A DNA stretch of 63,165 nt, counting the filler, from Saprolegnia diclina VS20 (Eukaryota): NCBI RefSeq assembly GCF_000281045.1. It is 5 parts of 2 records of this genome, joined end to end, with 100 filler letters (N's around TTAATTAATTAA, not from the genome) between each part and the next. Parts side by side here need not be neighbours in the genome. Positions count along the whole stretch, not along the records: positions 57,276 to 61,347 come from NW_008246078.1; positions 61,448 to 63,165 come from NW_008246079.1; 3 more parts are not named here. One strand, written 5' to 3'. A program made the translations under genes and the position numbers. Of this stretch, positions 57,446 through 63,165 are shown piece after piece. Within the stretch, counting starts at the first letter, position 1; the number at the start of each line of letters is the position of its first letter. The notes below the pieces were generated by a model. It made no database searches. It was not told the DNA's origin and saw only the letters and a list, made by a program, of their open reading frames with translations.

Positions 57446-58823
57446 GCCTTTTTGAAAATGGCAATGAGCAAGTTGCCACGTACGTCGTGTGTTTCAAATG
57501 TGGAGTATATAGTATCGTAGGTGTGACGCTAAAATAACGCACTTTGAATCGAAACTTGAACCAGCTGCTGCCACGATTCAGGTGGGTGCTGTCGTATGAG
57601 TTGTCGCGTCAAGTTATATTTGACACGGGTCGTATACTCTTGCAAAGATCGTCGACATCCTGGATTTCAAAAATGCTGCTTCTCATCGACGAGTGGCCCC
57701 ACGCTCTTCGAAACGATGCGCTACCTTGTCCGTCACACAATCCAGCACCACGACCACTAACGTCCATGACTAACGTCCATGCGTGTAGCACCGTACAGCA
57801 GCCCATCCGCTTGACGTACCGACCACGCTTCACGAAAGTATATGGTAGTCCACCATATCTTTATAATTGCATGTAGTAACTCATTTCAACAACAACAAGT
57901 GCTGCTTCAGGAGTCGTCGCCTTTTCGCACGCTTTTACTGTCGTATGTATAAACTGTAAGACGAGGGTGCTTTACTACCCTCGTCCCGCAGTTTCCAATT
58001 ATATAAGTGCACAAATAGAGTGGCTCTGGACTCTGTTCAAGTAGTAGTACGCCTGGGTGAATGCCGGCTTCCATGACCGCCGTCAGCTTACTAGTACCGC
58101 CGTGCTGCTGCCTCAACCCTTCCAGACCAGAAATATATACAGGGTCGCAAGCTGCATCGACAGCGGCGCGTTGATCATCAATAAATCGCGATTGTATTTG
58201 TTGGGGGCAGCGTCGCTTACAAGCTTGGGCGCGTTGATCTGCTTCAGTCGCAACACCACAAGGAGTAGGCACTAAGATCCCAAAATGAAATGATGACCTT
58301 TGAATCGCGAGGCTCTCAAAGGCAAGTGCAAATTGGAGTATCGCTGCTGCGTCGCTCAAGTCCATCCTTTCGACTTTGCAAGCGCAGTGGTATCCAACAC
58401 ACGAAAGTGCAGTATATTGAAGCAAGGGTCAATTACCCAAGTGTCAATACACTGCTTATTGACACTTGGTTGAATACGCCACTGAGAAAGATGTGCTGGG
58501 TTGTGGGCGTGCCTACACGGAAAATGGATGCCACGTACGTGTCGCTGGGTCGTGCCCTCTGTCGACAACTGGACGCGCGACGATCGCGATGTTCTCGACC
58601 CAAGGTCCAATATATACGCCGAGGTCCCGTATTCCAGGGTGTACCTTTCCACTGAATTTGTTGACGAATGCATAGGCGTTGTCTCCCTCACGCAGGAGCT
58701 GTCGTCCTTGGCGCTTCCACGTAGCATTGATCCGATATCGTACTCGTATAACGTTATCCTTAGGGGACCACCCGAGGCGTGTGTCCGTTGGTATACTCCA
58801 CAAGCCTGACTCTTCGAGTCGCA

Positions 58824-59915
58824 CTACGCTTCTTCTTCGTCATCACGCGGCGTCAAGACAGGAGCACTCGGCGCGTCGTCAAAGTTCCGATACAAGGCCG
58901 CGAAAATACTCTACTCGCCATCTTCGTTGTCATTGCAATTCGGACATAGGAGTACGTACCGCAAGGACCACGAGACCATAGAGAATAAACCACGGCAGAA
59001 TGATGTACACGGCTGAGAACGTGGCTGATGCAAGCCGAACAAGGAACAGTACTTGCGACGCGAAAAAGAGCCCAACAACGAGACTCGCGAGGCCGGTCGA
59101 GCGCATGTATAGCGAGTTATGTCTATAGCACGCGATGCACCAGAGGAACACCTACGACAGTATTAATGAATCAATACTACAGTTTTCGAAAGCGTCATCG
59201 ACAGATGGAGGCGTACGAGGAAAAGGAACACGGCCGCGACGGGCGCCCACATCAGAAGAAGGACTTTGAACCACGACGAATTCGTGTGGTGGTCCAGTTT
59301 TCGCGCCACAAAAGTGAGTTGAAGCGCTAGGGAAGCATTGCCGGCAAAGCTACCCCAGTCGAGCAAGGAGACGTAGATCGGGATAATAATGCAGATCCAG
59401 GACCAGTCCACATGCCCGTCAAAACGCAGCACCACAAAGAGGTGCAAGAGAAAGCCGCAAAGCCACGTAAGGGTGCCATTGCTACAAAACACACGCCACT
59501 TAGAGCCGTTCAAGTGCAGTGCGTACCAGGCCATAAAGTCGAAAATCCAGACAAACACCATCACGGTGGCCCAGCTCCAGTCGATCGTACCATCGACCTT
59601 CCAGCAGACAAACACTAAGAACACAAGCCTTATCAGTCGAGAAAGAGAGGAATGGAAGAGTAAGGGCCGACGCGGTGTGAGGATGACGGGCAAGAGCAGC
59701 AAGAGGCCGCCAAGCACGAGACAGAGGCGCACGCAAACGGACTCGGCCTCGCGCAAAAGCTTGTCGTAACTGCGAATCATGTACCCGAGCGGGCCGCGCC
59801 GCGCTTTCGCAGATTCCAAGAACATGCCAGCGTACGTGCCCTCACGCACACATGTCACGCCGGCCGAGATCTTGGCGTATGAGCCGGCGCGCGTAATTGA
59901 TGTGAACGGCGCCAT
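58824..59915 (-). CDS. TMEM185-like protein, copy F (multi-exon)
   Basis: Start MAPFTSITRAGSYAK; same DGTIDWSW/DGHVDWSW motifs; terminal exon SIFAALYRNFDDAPSAPVLTPRDDEEEA*. Confidence 0.75.
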
Positions 59916-60489
59916 GGCTCTTGAAAAATGCGGATTTTCATCACGGCCTGCCACGTGGTACGTCGTGTGTTTTTAGTCTGATAGGCTCTGTATCACTAGA
60001 CCGACGCAATCTACCCTCCATTTCTTGAACCAGCTGCCACGTGCCGGCAATGGCGTGGGACTTATCGCGGGCCATGATCGCGGGCAGTATGAGTTGTCGT
60101 TTGATGCTTTAACCAACAACAAGTAGTGAGATTGCTAGGATCGTCGAGTTTACACTTTTGCAACTTGCCGTTTGCCTGCGTTTAGAGGTCTCGAGCGTTG
60201 GTACGGTAGTATGCACGTAGGATATTGCATGCGTCGTTGGTTCTGCGAGTATAGTGTACGAACGCCCAAGACCTTCATACGCAGTCAAATGGCAAGTTAC
60301 AAAGGTGAATGTCAAGTTTCTTGTTTTACGAGTTTCATTTATAGCCAATTGGAAGCAGTTTAGATGTATGCACTACGTCACGCTCCATCGATGCATGCAA
60401 CGCGAATTTAGTACGAACGCCCGAGACCTTCCATTATGTTTCCAGTTACTACGCAACGTTGGAGTCTCCAAAAATCGATGTTTGTCGTA

Positions 60490-61346
60490 TTTTTCTAGTC
60501 GTTGTGAGCCTCAAGATTGAAGGCCATGTGCACTGGACATGGGTGCAGACGTTCCTCCCGCTCTTCCTTTTCAGTCTCGTCTTGCTGCCCGTGTACGTGC
60601 TCTTCACACAAGTCGATGCGCCAGCGACCTCCGAACATTGCATATTCGAACGAGACGACGTCGATGTTGGCTCTATCGACCAACGTCATCGAACACAACT
60701 CGTCCAAGGCCAAGCTGGCAACATGGTATGCATCGTATTCACTCCTAATACCTTGGTAGGTAGGATGCAAGCTTGCATGAGCATCGTTAGGGGGAGTGTG
60801 TTTAGCCTCACGTGCTCGCTGGTCGCGAATATGTTGATCGCGCTGCATCTCGACGGACACATGCATTGGACATGTATGTACGTGCTCGTGCCCTACTCGT
60901 TGTTCTTGCTGACCGGTCGTTCTGGCGCCTTGAAGTTGTGTCTCAAATCGTTCTGATTGCCAAGAAGCTCGATGGTGCGATGACGTGGTCCTGGGTTTAT
61001 GTCCTCATATTGACGTGGATTCCTGCGATCTTTGCCCTATTCATTGTGGTACGTTAGCTTTTGCTACCGTTCGTGTATTTCTAGCCTCTCGGCGTCCCTT
61101 GCCGCACGACAACGTCCACGGCGCCTTCAAACCGTAGCGCCTGGCGCACAAGACCTTTGTTGTTCTCGAATTCATTGCGATCGGTCCCTACGTACGCCTT
61201 GTACTGCGCTTGGAAAACGCCATGCTTTCCACGCTCTGGATCTGTGTGCCCTGATCCCTTCTGTACACAAGCGTCGTTCTTCTCGTACGTCGATGACGCT
61301 CAATCGACTCCAATCATGCTGTGTTGTTGCTTCTTTTTGGCCGTAG
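60490..61346 (+). pseudogene. Degenerate TMEM185-like copy G (closest to copy A)
   Basis: LKIEGHVHWTWVQTFLPL and LHLDGHMHWT motifs. Frameshift just after ...LVPY (about 60897), where the copy-A-like DRS...QIVLIAKKLDG continues in another frame. No recognisable first exon. Confidence 0.65.
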
Positions 61347-61447
61347 ANNNNNNNNNNNNNNNNNNNNNNNNNNNNNNNNNNNNNNNNNNNNTTAATTAAT
61401 TAANNNNNNNNNNNNNNNNNNNNNNNNNNNNNNNNNNNNNNNNNNNN

Positions 61448-62753
61448 GCGAACTTTCTAGAAGCTCGCCCGACTGCCAACGTCACATCGGGGTCGACATC
61501 CTGGGGCTCGCTTCCCAACATCCGTTGCTGACCACGCCTCCAAGAGCGCTTTGTATCTGGTCGAGCATTGCACGCGTTGTAGGCCTGCAGCAATGACGAA
61601 TCGCGATCTGCTCTGCTCTCCAAAGTGTCTTCTATCAATGTGTCAACTTTGGGCGATTCCATTTCAAACGTTGATTTGTCGGCAAGTAGCGTCGGCGTCG
61701 TGGCGTCCTGCCTTTAAGATGGCGCTGCGGTCTTAGTTTGGAGTGCGTCATGCCTCTAAGATGGAACTACGATCTAAGTCTAGACTCTCAGATGGCACTA
61801 CGATCTTAGTTTGACGCGCATCTTGGGTCGCGTCTCGCTACCACTGTACACCTCGCACGACAACACAAAATCGATTTCCGTGCTCTCCATAGCGTTCTCT
61901 ATATATGTGCCAAACCGTAGATCCTAGGTCATTGCCAACGGCAAGCCATTGTCGCGGCAAAGCTTGAGGCGTTGGATGCAAGGATTTGCGGAAGCAGCGC
62001 CATGACAGCGATCGAAGGCTACACGCAATCGAAACCCGTCGCGGACAAACGCCGACAGAGACGATCTGTCGTCATCGCAGAGCGGCAGAAGCGTGGAAGC
62101 ACCGCATCAAGACGATCATAGCGACAATGAGCATGTCAGTAGGGCGCGCCTGCAGCTTGAGCTCTGCATCGCGCTTGAGCAGCCGCTTGTCGATCATCTT
62201 GGAGAGCGCGGCGGACGAGAACATCCCTCTACGAGCTGGGTCGATGAAAGCATCGGCAGCTTTGCGTCGGCTGGAGCTGCACTGGCCACTGCCGAGCGTG
62301 GGGGTGGCCGGCTCAGGCGTGTCGAGCTACTGGAGGAGCGTTGCAGCCTGTAGGACGTTCACGACGAGGACCGGGAGGCTGCTTGTGACCCGAGAGTAGG
62401 CAGGAGCGTCGACGGCGCGGCCTGGGCCCACTACCGACCTTGGACGTGATCGTATCGAGGACTTGGAGCATTTCGATCGGTTGCGCGAGCTGTCTCGTGC
62501 TTGGGCGTGTAGTGTATGTAATCGACTCGAAAAAGTCGATGACGTCGCGGCGTTGACGATAGCAAATGTTGTCGGAAGTTCGTGATGTCGTCGCGGCGCG
62601 GCCAGCGGTCACTGTACTGGCTGACGTGTGCAAGCCGCAGGACGTCAAGCGTGAGGCGCTCGAGAGAAGCACCGCTTAGCATTACGGCGCAAGATGTCGT
62701 GCGCGCAGGGCCTACTGCGGCGGCGGCGTTTCTCGTCTCGTCGCGGCGCCCAT
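61448..62753 (-). pseudogene. Probable degraded protein-coding gene
   Basis: An INR-like TCATTTC precedes an ATG at 62753. Coding-like segments (LPVLVVNVLQAATLLQ*LDTPEP...ALSKMIDKRLLKRDAELKLQAR) are broken by stops and frame changes. Confidence 0.35.
61709..61813. repeat. Three degenerate direct repeats of about 30 nt
   Basis: tgcctttaagatggcgctgcggtcttagtttg / tgcctctaagatggaactacgatctaagtct / actctcagatggcactacgatcttagtttg. Confidence 0.8.
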
Positions 62754-62929
62754 TTTGAAATGAATTGCTATTGGTGTCCGGCTATTTATCCGGATGCCTT
62801 GAAACGACGCCACGAGCGCGACACGGTCGAGGCCATCGTCGTACTCCTCGCACAAACGCTCGAGGTTGTCGCTGTCAGCGTTTGTTTCGGCGCGCGGACT
62901 ATATACCTCACAGCACGTAGACGCCCGAC

Positions 62930-62971
62930 ATCAAAGCAATGGCATTTCTAATCAAAGCAATGGCATTTCTA
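62930..62971. repeat. Perfect 21-nt tandem duplication
   Basis: atcaaagcaatggcatttcta x2. Confidence 0.95.
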
Positions 62972-63165
62972 CCGCTACGGCTGCGACCAGCGCTGCATCG
63001 ACGCCAGCAACCACGACCCAATACGGATGCGACAGCTCCGCAAGCCTCTTGCGCGCATATACGCACTTATGCCAAGGTAATAACGCAGGTGCTCGGTGGC
63101 TGCGACGCTGCTCAACACGTTTCGGATACCACCCATCGAGCTTGGCGATCATCGATCCTCGACGA

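Noticed and set aside
61709..61813. CRISPR-like repeat array
   Set aside because: The repeats are degenerate, spacers are absent or very short, there are no cas genes, and the context is eukaryotic.

Overview
Eukaryotic, GC-rich, gene-dense draft-scaffold sequence with very short (about 41-68 nt) GT-AG introns and oomycete-type INR/FPR core promoters. It is most consistent with an oomycete, probably Saprolegniales (inference from gene families, intron size and promoter motif). Recognisable housekeeping genes: COG6, COQ2, POLD2, NDUFB9, a MESD-like chaperone, two IAH1-like SGNH hydrolases, a papain-family protease and an EamA/DMT transporter. These are interleaved with locally expanded families: three F-box-like/LRR genes, a TKL receptor kinase, three AIG1/rolling-stone-like membrane proteins, two coiled-coil+START-like paralogs and an array of up to seven TMEM185-like copies or fragments, plus a possibly decaying ABCC transporter. 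The most striking feature is an intronless gene of about 2050 aa (10953-17102, minus) that fuses a beta-rich region, a VLIG/GBP-clan GTPase, a long Cys/His zinc-finger repeat array and a C-terminal vWA/MIDAS domain. This architecture resembles an intracellular immune sensor/effector, but that role is inference. A small zf-3CxxC (Zar1/RTP-type) protein is also present. Four N-gaps contain an artificial TTAATTAATTAA linker, so gene order across them is not evidence of true adjacency. No rRNA, tRNA, CRISPR array or intact transposase was recognised.
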